Made by a program: the position numbers and the translations under genes. A DNA stretch of 64,000 bases. It comes from Synechococcus sp. ARS1019 (GTDB lineage: Bacteria > Cyanobacteriota > Cyanobacteriia > PCC-6307 > Cyanobiaceae). Shown piece by piece: positions 47,929-58,621 of the stretch; position 1 is the first letter of the stretch; every line of letters starts with the position of its first letter. A model generated the notes under the pieces. That model was not told where the DNA came from, searched no databases, and worked only from the letters and a program-made list of their open reading frames with translations. Location of the stretch: positions 2,084 to 66,083 of the forward strand of contig NZED01000032.1 of the NCBI GenBank assembly GCA_002690325.1. Direction: 5' to 3'.

Positions 47929-50900
47929 GCTGCGCCCTCCCTCAGCAGTCGATCCAAGGTGAGAATCCTTGGCAAGGACGCCCGTTCAACGATGCGCCCT
48001 GGACCGTCATTGGTTGGCTTGTTCTTGCCGGGCATTCCCCTCAAGAAGATGTAGGCATACCCACCGAGGTGTTGCGCTGGGTCGTAGCCCGGCAGTCGCC
48101 ACTGCAGATGTCGATGCAATGCCACCAAATAAAGGTGGGCCTGCAGTGGGTAGTGGTGATGCACCATCTGCTCCTGCATCGCCGTTTGGGTGTAATGCCG
48201 TGGACCACACATCTGGCTGCGGCCATCAGCGCCGCGTTCTCCAATCCAGTTGCTCTTCCAATCCGCAACCCACCAGCGGGCTTTGTTCAAATCCTCGCTG
48301 TCACAGAACACCAAATCGATGGACCCGGTGAGGAATCCGCGGCTGTTAACCGAGAGTTGCTCGAGATAGGGGATGTAATCGTCACTGAAGCGTGAGCGGT
48401 TGTCGGCGCGGAAGGCCTGAATGAGGCTTCGGGTCACCATCCCCGTCACCGGCAAGTCGAAGCTCAGCTCATGCAATCGGCGTTCGCTACCGAGCTGGTT
48501 GAGCGATAGAGATCCAAGTGGGCCGCCTAGCGGGGTGCTCAACACGTGTGTCAGACCGGTGCGGACCGCATCGAGCCACAGCTCAGGGTCAAGCCCTGCT
48601 CGGCGTAGTTCAGTTGCGATCACCGTGTCTTCACCGGCATCGGCCTGAAAGGACCATTGTTCGAGGATGCGATGCAGGCAATCGCCGGGGCCTGGACCCC
48701 TTGGAAAGTCCGCCAGTGGGCCGATCTCCGGCCAACGGTTCGCCCCTGGCGTCTCCAATTCTTTGGGTTCGGGTTCGGGGTCACGTCCGAGCTCTGAATG
48801 GGAGCTCTCCGTGGAGGAGGAGATCCATGCTGAGTAGCTGGCCCGCCCCCAGCTCCGATCGATGTGGGTGGGGACGCCACCGACGGTCAGGGTGGTGTGG
48901 TCCGTTGGCCCTTGCCATCGACCGATCGCTGCAGCTGAGTCGTTCTCAGGGAAGGGGTGGATGGTGATCGGGACCTGCTGTCGCAGCAGATGGTCTCGTA
49001 GTCGCTCCTCTGTGCGCTGGTCCAGGTCCGTCTCAATGGCATCGGCTCCGAACAACCAGCTCACCAGGGGGGCGTTGTCTTGTCGCGCCGCATGGCCCCA
49101 GACCAGCACGAGTTGCGAACAGGCTCTGGTGACGGCGACATAGGCGAGCCGTTCCGATTCAGCGGCTGCCTGGGTCGTCGCGAATGCCGCGGCCTGATAA
49201 CCCAACCCCCAGTGACGGTTACAGCAGATCTGCCATTGCTGGCTGCCTTCAATTTTCCAGAGCGGTCCGTTGCTGTCTGCAGGTCCTTCCCAGAGATAAG
49301 GACAGATCACGACTGGATATTCCAGCCCTTTGCTGCGATGCACGGTGACCACCGCGACGGCGCTTTCTGCTTGGTCGCTGTGGGGTTGACGCGCCTCGGG
49401 TACAGGGTCTGGAGGCTGAAGCCGTTGTCGGCGCAACCATTCGGCTGCACTCGCGGCATTGAGCCCCTGTCGATGCATCGCATCTTGAACAAGTCGTGCG
49501 GCTTGTTGAAGATCGCCAAGCAGCCGACCTCGCTCGGACAAATCCGCCATCACGGATCCCTCGAGAAGGTTGGAGAGACATCCCAGCAATCCGAGTCGCG
49601 GCAGCTGTTCGCCCAGCTTGCGAACCTGTGCCGACAGCGCATCGAGCTGAGCCCCATCGTCGTCGCTCAGGGTGGCTGCGCTCCAGCCGATCAAGGCTGA
49701 ACAGGCCAGAAGACGAAGTTTGCGTTCGTTTCCAGGGGCCGCCAGGGCATCGATCAACCGTTGCAGCTCTGCGGCTGCCTCGCTTTCGAGCACGTCGCCT
49801 TGATTGACCAATCGTGTCGGCACGCCGCGTATGGCAAGGGCGTCTCGAAGGGCGGTGGCCTGGGCATGTCGACTCACCAGGATGCAGAGATCCGATGGTT
49901 TGAGCTCCGGTGTTTCTTGCAAGCGGCGCAGAACGTCTGCACCAAGGAGATCGGGGAGTTGTTGTTCGAGTGCTGTTTTGCTGATTGGTGCCGTGGACGG
50001 GATGACCAACAACTCCAGCGGGTGGCGGTCGGTCTGGTCTCCCAGCTTGGTGACTTCACCGCGAGGGATCACGGCAGGAACCTCCAGGTTGGAGCGCACC
50101 AGTCCAGGGGCCATCAGGGCATTCATGCCCTCCATCAACTTGGGAGTTGTGCGGAAGTTCTCGATGAGGTCATCGATTCGATCCACATCGGCACGCGCTT
50201 TTTTGTAGGTGTCCAAGTCGCCCCCGCGGAAGCGATAGATGGCTTGTTTGGGGTCTCCGACGAGAAGTAGCAAGTGCTTGGATCCATGGCCGAAGGCACG
50301 GTTCAGCAGTCGCCACTGAACGGGATCGGTGTCTTGAAATTCATCGACCATCACCGTGCGGTAGCGCGCTCGCAAGGGCCCCAGCCAATCCGGTTCCGGG
50401 AGGGATTCGCCAGGATCCATCGCGGCGAGTAAGCCAGCGAAGGTCATCACCCCTTGGTGCCGGCGTCGGTCGTTGAGCTTGGCTAATCCGCGTTGAAGGC
50501 AATGCCTCCATACGCGTTCGATTGGGCCATCCCACAGCGCAGCGATGACGGTTTGTAGCTCGGTGTGGGCAAGGCTCGGCTCCTCCTCTCCACAGCTGCG
50601 GGCCACCCGACACCAGCTGCCTGGATGGAAGTACTCCTTGAGTGGCTTCTCCTGATCCCTGATGGCGCTGATGCTGGGGGCGGTCGCTTGTGCGGCGATC
50701 CATTGATCGATAACCGCGCAGCGATCTGAGCGTGGTTTGGCGCTGTAGGGCGTCGTTCGGCTGGCTCCGGCAGCCTTCCACTCGGCCGCGGCCGTGCAGA
50801 AGCAGGCTTCTAGCGTTCGACTGTGCTTTGGCCAAAGCTCCAGAAATTGAAGCCAGGTTGTGTTGAGCCAGCTATCCAGTTGAGGGGCCAGAGGTTGATC

Positions 50901-51551
50901 AACGACGAAATCAGCTCCATCGGTGCATACCTGCGGTGATGGGTCGCTGTCCAGGGTGTTCAGTCCGCGGGTCAAAGCCTCTGCGGTGAGTCCTGCACTC
51001 AGGAGTCCTCGGTACTGGTCGGGATCGAGGCTCTGGAGTAAGTCATGCCAAATCTCCTGAACCACCTCTTGGATTTCAACCGTTGTATCGGTGTCCAGTT
51101 GTGGATCGAGGGCTGCTCCGCTGCTGAGCGCCTGTCGGTGCAGGCTGCGTCGGCAGAATCCGTGGATCGTTGTGATGTCGGCGCGATCCAGCTGCTCGAG
51201 GGCGACGAGCAACTTGCGAATCCAATCATTTCTTTGTTCATCGTCGAGGGGTTGTGACCACCAGGCCTCCAGCACAGGATCTGGACCAGACGGGTCGCTG
51301 TCGCCCTTGCTGAACGCTTCCAGCCCTTGGAGTGCCGCTTGGAGCCGTGCACCGATTCTCGAGCGGAGTTCTGCTGCGGCTGCATCGGTGTAGGTGACGA
51401 CGAGCAGGCTCTCGATGGGCTGTCCCGCTTCCGTGATCAGGCGCAACGTGAGGTGGGCCAGAGCAAAGGTCTTCCCTGTGCCAGCACTGGCCTCGAGCAG
51501 GCGTCGACCTGGCCCGAGTGGATAGGTGTTCGCGTCAAAACGCTCAGCCAC
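47925..51551 (-). CDS. recB: Exodeoxyribonuclease V beta subunit
   Basis: EASAGTGKT, DEFQDTD, GDPKQAIYRFRG, TVHRSKGLE, YVAVTRA; nuclease motif GSIDLVF...DWKSN...YPLQAHLY. Confidence 0.95.
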   Translation of the reverse strand: MAERFDANTYPLGPGRRLLEASAGTGKTFALAHLTLRLITEAGQPIESLLVVTYTDAAAAELRSRIGARLQAALQGLEAFSKGDSDPSGPDPVLEAWWSQPLDDEQRNDWIRKLLVALEQLDRADITTIHGFCRRSLHRQALSSGAALDPQLDTDTTVEIQEVVQEIWHDLLQSLDPDQYRGLLSAGLTAEALTRGLNTLDSDPSPQVCTDGADFVVDQPLAPQLDSWLNTTWLQFLELWPKHSRTLEACFCTAAAEWKAAGASRTTPYSAKPRSDRCAVIDQWIAAQATAPSISAIRDQEKPLKEYFHPGSWCRVARSCGEEEPSLAHTELQTVIAALWDGPIERVWRHCLQRGLAKLNDRRRHQGVMTFAGLLAAMDPGESLPEPDWLGPLRARYRTVMVDEFQDTDPVQWRLLNRAFGHGSKHLLLLVGDPKQAIYRFRGGDLDTYKKARADVDRIDDLIENFRTTPKLMEGMNALMAPGLVRSNLEVPAVIPRGEVTKLGDQTDRHPLELLVIPSTAPISKTALEQQLPDLLGADVLRRLQETPELKPSDLCILVSRHAQATALRDALAIRGVPTRLVNQGDVLESEAAAELQRLIDALAAPGNERKLRLLACSALIGWSAATLSDDDGAQLDALSAQVRKLGEQLPRLGLLGCLSNLLEGSVMADLSERGRLLGDLQQAARLVQDAMHRQGLNAASAAEWLRRQRLQPPDPVPEARQPHSDQAESAVAVVTVHRSKGLEYPVVICPYLWEGPADSNGPLWKIEGSQQWQICCNRHWGLGYQAAAFATTQAAAESERLAYVAVTRACSQLVLVWGHAARQDNAPLVSWLFGADAIETDLDQRTEERLRDHLLRQQVPITIHPFPENDSAAAIGRWQGPTDHTTLTVGGVPTHIDRSWGRASYSAWISSSTESSHSELGRDPEPEPKELETPGANRWPEIGPLADFPRGPGPGDCLHRILEQWSFQADAGEDTVIATELRRAGLDPELWLDAVRTGLTHVLSTPLGGPLGSLSLNQLGSERRLHELSFDLPVTGMVTRSLIQAFRADNRSRFSDDYIPYLEQLSVNSRGFLTGSIDLVFCDSEDLNKARWWVADWKSNWIGERGADGRSQMCGPRHYTQTAMQEQMVHHHYPLQAHLYLVALHRHLQWRLPGYDPAQHLGGYAYIFLRGMPGKNKPTNDGPGRIVERASLPRILTLDRLLREGAA

Positions 51552-54500
51552 GCCGCCCGCTGCCCGCCCGGGACTTCATGGTCATGGTCGACGCGCACAG
51601 CAGTGGTGAATACAGGACTTCGCAGGCTTCATGAAATGCGTTGTTTGCGAGCAGACCATCTGGATCTCGACCTGTGCCGAAACAAAGCTGAAGGGCTGGT
51701 TGCTGTTGTTCGGCATCCCAGCTGGAGCGAAATGCTGCGACTCCGCTTCCAGGCTTGCGTCTTTCCTGCCAGGCCAGTTGCCAGCCGCTACGAGGTGGAA
51801 CCGGCCAGCAATGCTCTCGCCCTGATGCCGCCAGGCGTTGAAGAGCATCGAGTTGTTGATGGGCGCTAGCGGCGTCAAGGCGTTTCCACTGCAGATGGCA
51901 TTCGGCCCCTGCGCCTCGGCTGCTGCGGGCAATCACGGCCGTTCTGTCGCAGCGCTTGGTTGCTGTTGAGCTGAGCAGCAGATGCAATAACCAAGCTCGA
52001 AGCACACCACGGTGGTTGAGCTGGCCGGGCTGCACCACAACGTGTGTGTCTCCTGCAAAGAGCAGGCTGTGGGTTTGTTCAGCCAGCGTGAAATTGCTGC
52101 GGCGAGCTGGGCCGAATCCTGTGACCTCGCGATGCAAGCCGATCCAGCGTTCACGAAGGTCGTCATCCTCCATAACGGCTCCGGCACCGCTGGGTAAGAG
52201 TCCTTGACCAGCCAATCGCTCTCTCCAGAACGGTGCCTCTGGCTCGATGAGGTCGTTCTCTAGATCTGCGCTGAGCAGCAGATGGCGCTCCAGGGCATTG
52301 AGTTGCAGCGATTCCAGGTCGTGAATGGGTTCAACGCTTTCGCTGGGGTGCAAACCAAGCTGTTGCAACCAAGCGCCCTGGGGGTTGACCAGCCAAGCCA
52401 GCAGGTCATCGAAGCCAAGGGCGACTTGGCTGGGATTGTTCTGAAGTGTCCAGGTCAGCGGCCAGGCCAGTCCTTCCTTGGGGATTGGACGGGCCTGATC
52501 GAGGCAGACCCTTGCGGCCAGTTGGCGCCGGTCGCAACTGAACGGCGGCGCTCCCGTCCGTTCCAGAAAATTACGCCGATCGAGAGGGTTGGCCGGTGGT
52601 TCGATCAGCAGCCCCTCAGCCTGTGGGCCGAGCTGGGATTCCAGTTCTGTCAGCCATTGTTCAACGGGAGCCGCAGGGGGCTGAACCTCACCGCTGCGCT
52701 CATGGCGACCACACCAGCTAATCAGGAGGTGCTGTCGTGAAGAGATCAGTGCTTCAAGCAGCACGTAACGGTCTTGGTCACTTCCTCGGGGATCGCCCAG
52801 CTGACGCTGTTGTTCCAGCAGGTGGAAACCGGGACGTTCGTTGTGTCGCGGGAAAGTATTGGCATCGAGGCCCATGAGAACGATCACCCGATGGGGGATG
52901 GCACGCATCGGTTCCAGGGCACTGATCGTGAGGGAACCGCTGCGATGACCAAAGCGTCCGGACTCCACCGAGAGCGCTTCATCAAGGATGTTGATCACAA
53001 CGGCTGCATCGAGAGTCAGGGTGGCTGTCTGCGCTCTCTGCTGCCAGTCGTCCAGCGCACTGTTGAGACCTTGGAGTTCATCGCTCCATCCCTCACCATC
53101 ACCGAAGAGGTCATCGAGAAGTTGGCGGAGCAGCGTCACCCATTCGTTGACCGTGCGCGGTTGACGCAGGCGCTGAATCCAGCTCCCAAGGCGGTTAAGA
53201 ACGGGCCACCAGCAGGCCAATTGTTCTGGAGATAACTCCTGATGGAAGGGGGCAATGCCACCGGCGACTAGCCCATTGCGTTGGGGCAGGACCAGCCCCA
53301 GCAGCCAGCGATCTAAACACCAGAGCAGGCTGTGCTCCTCATCGCCTTGGCGTTCGTGACGATCCAGACCCCAGCGGAAGCCACTGCGCTGCAGGGCCTG
53401 GGTGATGTCTCTGGAATCGTCATCGCTGAGCCCTTGCATGGTTTGCAGAGCTGGGTTGGACAGCAGTTGATCCAGTCCGGTGGCCGTGAGCCGTCCTGCC
53501 GCGAGCTCAAGAAGCTGAAGGAGGGCCATCGATAGGCCGGGACTGCTTTGCTGGCTGCGATCGGTGAGTCGCCAGGGGATGTCGATGCCGATGGCTGAGC
53601 TGTCGTTGAACACGGAGCTCAACAGCGGCGCATACCGTTCGATCTGCGGTGTCATCACCAACACATCGCGTGGGGCCAAGGTTGGATCGGCCTTCAGCCA
53701 TTGCAGGATTTGATCGCGGACCAGTTGCACTTCCCTGAGGGGCCCTGGGGCGGAGAGAAAGAGCAAGGAATGGTCGTTCGGTGCTCGCTGCAGGCCGGTG
53801 GTGTCCTCCCGTTGGATCAGCTGTTGCTGCACTTGTTCCAGCAGGGTTGCCTCACGGTTCGAGGCCTCTGCGATCGACACCGGAGCTGCGAAGAGGTCCC
53901 CGTCGCGCCGCTCACCAAGTTGGCTTTCACCACTTCCCTCCAGAAGTTGCTGAAATTCAGCTCCCATGCGCCCCAGGGTTGCTTCCAAGCGGGGTGCGGT
54001 CTGCAACCAAAGGCCGTCGGGGGGAACCATCCAGTCGGCACCCAGTTGCTCCCTTCGGCTGCCGCAGCGTTGCCAGAGATCCGGGCACGGCGTTAGCAGA
54101 TAGATCTCTACATCCAAATAACCCGATAGGGCTTGGATTAACCCGACTTGGACGGGGGCGAGGGCGCTGATGCCAAACAAGCGCAGACGTTGAGGCAGAA
54201 CTGAGGCCTCGATCTCTCCTCGACGCAGGCGTTCAACCGCCTTGTTCACCTGAAGTCCGAAGGGTTCTGAGGGCAAGGTGGCGGCGAGCTCTTTCCAGAG
54301 CAGGGGCTGCCAGCCCATGGATTCGGCACCTGGTTTGGTGGGCTCTGTGCAAGCCCACTGCATCAATGTTTCTGGTCGGTAGAGGGCGTAATCATCGAAG
54401 GCGTCGGCGATGGTGCGGGCTAACTGCCAGCGATCGCGGCTGAGCACGGGCCCCTGATCGTTGCGTTGCTGAAGCCAGTGCTGCAGAGCACTGGCTTCAG

Positions 54501-54816
54501 GCTGTTTCAACAGATTGGGTAGCTGCTCCAATACAGACCACACCAGGCGGTTGGCGCGCCAAGGGTCGTCCTGTTCGGCGGGTAGCTCCAGGACGAGACG
54601 CACCAGTTGGCGCAACCGGCTCCCGGGGAACGGAAAGCGGATCAACGAACTGATCCCATTGGCTTGGGCGAGTTGCTCCCCCAGCCAACGGCTGGTGGGC
54701 CAGGTGTTGACCAGTACTTCCAGCGTTTCCAGCGGACCTGGTTGTTGTTCGAGGAGTTGCTGCGCGAGAAGTTGCGCCAGGAATTCAGCCCGATTGCTGC
54801 GATAAATCGTCAGCAA
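51544..54816 (-). CDS. recC: Exodeoxyribonuclease V gamma subunit
   Basis: MLTIYRSNRAE, FDDYALYRP, PLREVQ, VMTPQIERYAP, PMRAIPHRV, DRYVLLEAL. Confidence 0.93.
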   Translation of the reverse strand: MLTIYRSNRAEFLAQLLAQQLLEQQPGPLETLEVLVNTWPTSRWLGEQLAQANGISSLIRFPFPGSRLRQLVRLVLELPAEQDDPWRANRLVWSVLEQLPNLLKQPEASALQHWLQQRNDQGPVLSRDRWQLARTIADAFDDYALYRPETLMQWACTEPTKPGAESMGWQPLLWKELAATLPSEPFGLQVNKAVERLRRGEIEASVLPQRLRLFGISALAPVQVGLIQALSGYLDVEIYLLTPCPDLWQRCGSRREQLGADWMVPPDGLWLQTAPRLEATLGRMGAEFQQLLEGSGESQLGERRDGDLFAAPVSIAEASNREATLLEQVQQQLIQREDTTGLQRAPNDHSLLFLSAPGPLREVQLVRDQILQWLKADPTLAPRDVLVMTPQIERYAPLLSSVFNDSSAIGIDIPWRLTDRSQQSSPGLSMALLQLLELAAGRLTATGLDQLLSNPALQTMQGLSDDDSRDITQALQRSGFRWGLDRHERQGDEEHSLLWCLDRWLLGLVLPQRNGLVAGGIAPFHQELSPEQLACWWPVLNRLGSWIQRLRQPRTVNEWVTLLRQLLDDLFGDGEGWSDELQGLNSALDDWQQRAQTATLTLDAAVVINILDEALSVESGRFGHRSGSLTISALEPMRAIPHRVIVLMGLDANTFPRHNERPGFHLLEQQRQLGDPRGSDQDRYVLLEALISSRQHLLISWCGRHERSGEVQPPAAPVEQWLTELESQLGPQAEGLLIEPPANPLDRRNFLERTGAPPFSCDRRQLAARVCLDQARPIPKEGLAWPLTWTLQNNPSQVALGFDDLLAWLVNPQGAWLQQLGLHPSESVEPIHDLESLQLNALERHLLLSADLENDLIEPEAPFWRERLAGQGLLPSGAGAVMEDDDLRERWIGLHREVTGFGPARRSNFTLAEQTHSLLFAGDTHVVVQPGQLNHRGVLRAWLLHLLLSSTATKRCDRTAVIARSSRGAGAECHLQWKRLDAASAHQQLDALQRLAASGREHCWPVPPRSGWQLAWQERRKPGSGVAAFRSSWDAEQQQPALQLCFGTGRDPDGLLANNAFHEACEVLYSPLLCASTMTMKSRAGSGRRG

Positions 54817-55478
54817 GGCACTTGATCTCCTTGATGCGGTGCCAGGTCAGGGTCGATCTCCATGCGCCGCTGCGGATTCTGCAGTCCTTGCACTTGAATG
54901 ACTTGATCGGTTTCAGGGCAGTACGCCGAGAGTTTCCCTCCGTACACCGCCCCTGTATCGATCAAAACGATGTGTTGCCGGCGTTCAACTTTGACCCGTG
55001 GGGTGTGGCCAACAACCACGCGTCCGAAGCGGCCGTCGTAGCTCTCCCAGAACGAATCACGGATGGACAGATCTGGTTGCCCGTCGGCATTGAACCCAGC
55101 GTGGGTGGCACTCCAGCCATCGGCTCGATACACCAGAGGGAGTTGGTTGAGCCGAACCTGCCAGGGCCTGCATGCCTGGTCACCGATCTCTTGAACGGTG
55201 TCTTCGTCTTCTCTGGCTCGGTGCCCAGCCTCCCCACGGAGGGACAGGGCGTCGATCAGTTGTTGTTCGTGGTTGCCGCGCAGCCATGTGGCTTGACCGG
55301 AACGCATGAGATCCCAAGCCAGCGTCATGCAGGCTTCAATGTGAGGCCCACGGTTGATCACGTCGCCACAAAAGATCCAGTGATCGGTTCTTGGCAGCAG
55401 GCCTAACAGCTCAACCATGCAGCTGTGGCAGCCATGGATGTCACCGATCACCCAGTGTCTTGGCTGCGGGAGTGGCAA
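54810..55478 (-). CDS. Calcineurin-like metallophosphoesterase (PrpA/lambda phosphatase/Pnkp-phosphatase-like)
   Basis: GDIHG, GDVINRG, RGNHE, HAG, GHTP, IDTG. Confidence 0.9.
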   Translation of the reverse strand: MPLPQPRHWVIGDIHGCHSCMVELLGLLPRTDHWIFCGDVINRGPHIEACMTLAWDLMRSGQATWLRGNHEQQLIDALSLRGEAGHRAREDEDTVQEIGDQACRPWQVRLNQLPLVYRADGWSATHAGFNADGQPDLSIRDSFWESYDGRFGRVVVGHTPRVKVERRQHIVLIDTGAVYGGKLSAYCPETDQVIQVQGLQNPQRRMEIDPDLAPHQGDQVPC

Positions 55479-55532
55479 CGATGCTGTCCTGAACGGTTCA
55501 ATTCTGATGCTGCTCTAACGGTCTGTCAGCGA

Positions 55533-55886
55533 TCAGAACAAACCGAGGAATTTGCGGCGAGGTTCGTCGGCTTGGACGGCCGGCTTTGGCTTGGGTGTTT
55601 CGCGGCGGTAACGCGGTTTGCTGTCGCCCACAGTGACGAGTGGATCGTTGTTTTTAAACCAAATCCAGTCGCGGATCGGCGGGGTTTCGTTGAGGTCTCG
55701 CCGTGTCAGACCTAATCCCAGCTTGGCTGAAGCGCCCAGGAGGATGTCGACCATGGCATCACCATCAGCACAGGTGGCGAGGGCTCGATTGGTCTTTTCG
55801 GCTCCATCCAGGGCTTGAACCAAGAGTTCAATCCGTCGGCTCACAGGGAGAGAACGGAGATCCACAGGATGCCGGCGAGGGCGCAC
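55533..55886 (-). CDS. Conserved hypothetical protein
   Basis: 117-aa ORF co-oriented between ycf54 and the phosphoesterase; WIWFK motif; ends RRKFLGLF. Confidence 0.7.
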   Translation of the reverse strand: MRPRRHPVDLRSLPVSRRIELLVQALDGAEKTNRALATCADGDAMVDILLGASAKLGLGLTRRDLNETPPIRDWIWFKNNDPLVTVGDSKPRYRRETPKPKPAVQADEPRRKFLGLF

Positions 55887-55900
55887 AGATTAAGAGCAAT

Positions 55901-56215
55901 TCAAGACTGAATTGACTTCAAGGCGTCGTCCGTTGAGGCTTCGAAGTGTCCGGTCACCACGAACTCCAGCCTCAGCTTGAGAAACGTGATGAATTTCGGA
56001 TCGGTCGAGACCACGGCTGCTGCAGGCTGAGGAATGGTCTGTGCCAAGGCAGCGAGTTCCGCTGATTGCAAAAAGGCAGGCTTCCGCACAAGCCAGAAAT
56101 CGATGGTCTTGTCGGTTTCCTTGTAGTTGCGCTCGCGTTCACGCAGAACTTCTTCGAGCGGTTCCTCTTCGGTGAGAAAGCGTTCGCTGGCGGCGACGAA
56201 ATGGAACGTTGTCAT
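55901..56215 (-). CDS. ycf54: Mg-protoporphyrin monomethyl ester cyclase accessory protein (DUF2488)
   Basis: [14 protein letters not shown]...[10 protein letters not shown]...IDFWLV...[16 protein letters not shown]; ATGA overlap with pdxJ. Confidence 0.92.
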   Translation of the reverse strand: MTTFHFVAASERFLTEEEPLEEVLRERERNYKETDKTIDFWLVRKPAFLQSAELAALAQTIPQPAAAVVSTDPKFITFLKLRLEFVVTGHFEASTDDALKSIQS

Positions 56216-56961
56216 CCGGGCAGTTGTCCGAAGAGAGGATCTCGGCGGGGATTCTGGATCAACGCCTTCATGTCGCGTACGGCTTGCTCCAGGCCGACCA
56301 CCAAAGCCCGCGCCACGATCGTGTGACCAATATTCAGCTCTTCCATGCCCTCCAGTGCGGCGATGGGCTCGACATTTTGATAGGTCAAGCCATGGCCAGC
56401 ATTGACGCGCAGCCCCAGTTGTCTGGCTGTGGCGCATCCTTCACTGATGCGGGCTAACTCCTTGGGTTGGTCCGACCAGCTCGCTTCGGCATAGGCACCG
56501 GTGTGGAGTTCCACCCATTGGGCTCCACTGCGACGGCAGGCGTCCAGTTGGGCTTGATCTGGATCAACAAACAAGCTCACCGGGATGGAGTTGCTTTGCA
56601 GTTGATCGATGAAGGCTGTGAGCGTGGACAGTTGTCCTGCAACATCGAGCCCCCCCTCGGTGGTGACCTCCTCCCGTCGCTCCGGAACCAAGGTGACCAT
56701 GTCGGGTTTGATCTTTAAAGCAATGGCGACCATCTCTGCGGTGGCAGCCATTTCCAAATTGAGCCGGCTGCGCACCGTATGACGAAGCAGTTCGACATCA
56801 CGATCCTGAATGTGGCGGCGGTCTTCACGGAGATGAACCGTGATGCCATCGGCACCGCCGAGTTCAGCGAGAAGCGCCATTGGAACTGGATCGGGTTCAA
56901 CAGTTCGCCGTGCTTCTCGCACATTCGCGATGTGATCGATGTTGACGCCCAGGCTTGCCAT
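56212..56961 (-). CDS. pdxJ: Pyridoxine 5'-phosphate synthase
   Basis: [42 protein letters not shown]. Confidence 0.98.
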   Translation of the reverse strand: MASLGVNIDHIANVREARRTVEPDPVPMALLAELGGADGITVHLREDRRHIQDRDVELLRHTVRSRLNLEMAATAEMVAIALKIKPDMVTLVPERREEVTTEGGLDVAGQLSTLTAFIDQLQSNSIPVSLFVDPDQAQLDACRRSGAQWVELHTGAYAEASWSDQPKELARISEGCATARQLGLRVNAGHGLTYQNVEPIAALEGMEELNIGHTIVARALVVGLEQAVRDMKALIQNPRRDPLFGQLPG

Positions 56962-57042
56962 AGCGATGGCGGAGTGACCGGGATCCTATTCAGCGTTCAG
57001 CAATAGACGTAGGTTCATCGTTAGCCGACTACAGCGTCATCG

Positions 57043-57744
57043 GTGCGATCGGATGCGGTCAACCGTGAAATTGCCCTGAATGTGGGCATTGATCCGTTCT
57101 GGGCACCGCTGGCGATGGTTGCCACCCAGGACATGGCGTTGCGTCTGCAGTTCCGCAAACGCTTCGTTCTTCAGGCTGCCAATCTTCCGAAATCTGGCCC
57201 TGTTTTGCTGGCTCCAACCCATCGAGCCCGATGGGATGCCTTGATGCTGCCGATGGCGGCGGGTCGTCGCGTCACAGGTCGTGATTGCCGTTTCATGGTG
57301 ACCACAACGGAAATGCGTGGACTGCAGGGATGGTTCCTGAAACGGCTTGGTTGTTTTCCTGTTGATCAGGGACGTCCATCGATGACCACCTTGCGGTTGG
57401 CGATCGACTTACTCGGTGCCGGGCAGCAGGTCGTGATGTTTCCAGAGGGTCGGATTCAGCGTCAGGATCGACCGATTCAGTTGCACCAGGGCCTTGTGCG
57501 ATTGGCGCAACTCGCCCACCGACGCGGGATCAAGGTCCCTGTGGTCCCAGTTGGGCTTGGCTACAGCCACGCACCACCGTCCCTATTCACTGAGGCTGCC
57601 ATCTGTTTCGGCGCTCACTTGACTGTTCCTGACGACTCTGGACGCGAGGCTGTTCAGCGTTTCAATGGGTTGCTCGCAGAGGGAATGCATGCGGCTGAAC
57701 AAGCGGCTCGTGAGGCCGTTGGAAGACCGTTGGATTGCTTTTAA
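57043..57744 (+). CDS. plsC: Lysophospholipid / 1-acylglycerol-3-phosphate acyltransferase
   Basis: PTHRARWD (HxxxxD), FPEG, VVPVGL. Confidence 0.85.
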   Translation: MRSDAVNREIALNVGIDPFWAPLAMVATQDMALRLQFRKRFVLQAANLPKSGPVLLAPTHRARWDALMLPMAAGRRVTGRDCRFMVTTTEMRGLQGWFLKRLGCFPVDQGRPSMTTLRLAIDLLGAGQQVVMFPEGRIQRQDRPIQLHQGLVRLAQLAHRRGIKVPVVPVGLGYSHAPPSLFTEAAICFGAHLTVPDDSGREAVQRFNGLLAEGMHAAEQAAREAVGRPLDCF

Positions 57745-57772
57745 AGTCCAGCAACTTTCGGTAGGTATTTCC

Positions 57773-58297
57773 ATGGGGTGTCGTTCCCTAATTGCGGCCA
57801 CGGCACTGCTGGCAACACTGGGTGCCACCAACGCTCCGGTGTTGGCACAGACCACACCTGCATCCGATCGGGTTTTGGCCCAGGAGCAGACCGGTTTCAA
57901 CACGTCTGCGGTGCGGGCCATGATTGCCCGTGGTGACTCCTTTGTCGCATCCGGTGACCTGGCCTCAGCCCGTCAGCAGTACGACGATGCGCGGAAAGCG
58001 TCCAAGCAGCTTCTGTCTTTTTATCGGGATCTCAGTGGTGCCTTCCGAGGTTTGGATGCTCGCATCCCCAGGGAAATGGACAGCAAGGGTCGCGAAGCTC
58101 TGACCCTGTTGGCTGAGGCCGACTTGAGATTGGCTGCGTTGTTCCGCCGTCAGAACCAGCCAGAGGTTGCCGTTCCTGTGTTGGTCGAGGTGGTGAAGTT
58201 GATGACCCCGTCTCAACCACAGGGTCAGAAGGCCTACCAAAGCTTGGTGGAACTCGGTTTTGTCGACACCGAATTCAAAGGCGCCTCATCCAACTGA
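57773..58297 (+). CDS. Conserved secreted/lumenal TPR-like protein
   Basis: Signal peptide (start 57773); helical; FRGLDARI, AVPVLVEVV, LVELGFV. Confidence 0.75.
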   Translation: MGCRSLIAATALLATLGATNAPVLAQTTPASDRVLAQEQTGFNTSAVRAMIARGDSFVASGDLASARQQYDDARKASKQLLSFYRDLSGAFRGLDARIPREMDSKGREALTLLAEADLRLAALFRRQNQPEVAVPVLVEVVKLMTPSQPQGQKAYQSLVELGFVDTEFKGASSN

Positions 58298-58366
58298 TTG
58301 GTGGAGAGTGTGGTTCCACTGCTCTGACTTCATCTGTCAGCATCCCTTCAACGCAGTGGTGTTCCC

Positions 58367-58609
58367 ATGGTTCAGTCGGCTGATGTCGAAGCCGCCATCC
58401 GTAAAGCTCTTCCAGATGCATCCGTCACCGTGGAGGATCTCACCGGTGGCGGAGATCATTTGCAGGTGTCGGTTGTCTCGTCTGCTTTCGATGGGTTGAA
58501 TCGCATTCGTCAGCACCAATTGGTGTACGCGGCACTCCAGCAGGAATTGGCTTCTGAAGCCATCCATGCCCTTGCGCTCAACACCTCCGTACCTTCCTCT
58601 CAATCCTGA
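58367..58609 (+). CDS. bolA: BolA family protein
   Basis: [28 protein letters not shown]. Confidence 0.95.
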   Translation: MVQSADVEAAIRKALPDASVTVEDLTGGGDHLQVSVVSSAFDGLNRIRQHQLVYAALQQELASEAIHALALNTSVPSSQS

Positions 58610-58621
58610 CCTCACAGCACC

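Noticed and set aside
55533-55886. Prochlorosin/Nif11 RiPP precursor
   Set aside because: There is no double-glycine cleavage motif, no modifiable core and no LanM or dedicated transporter nearby.
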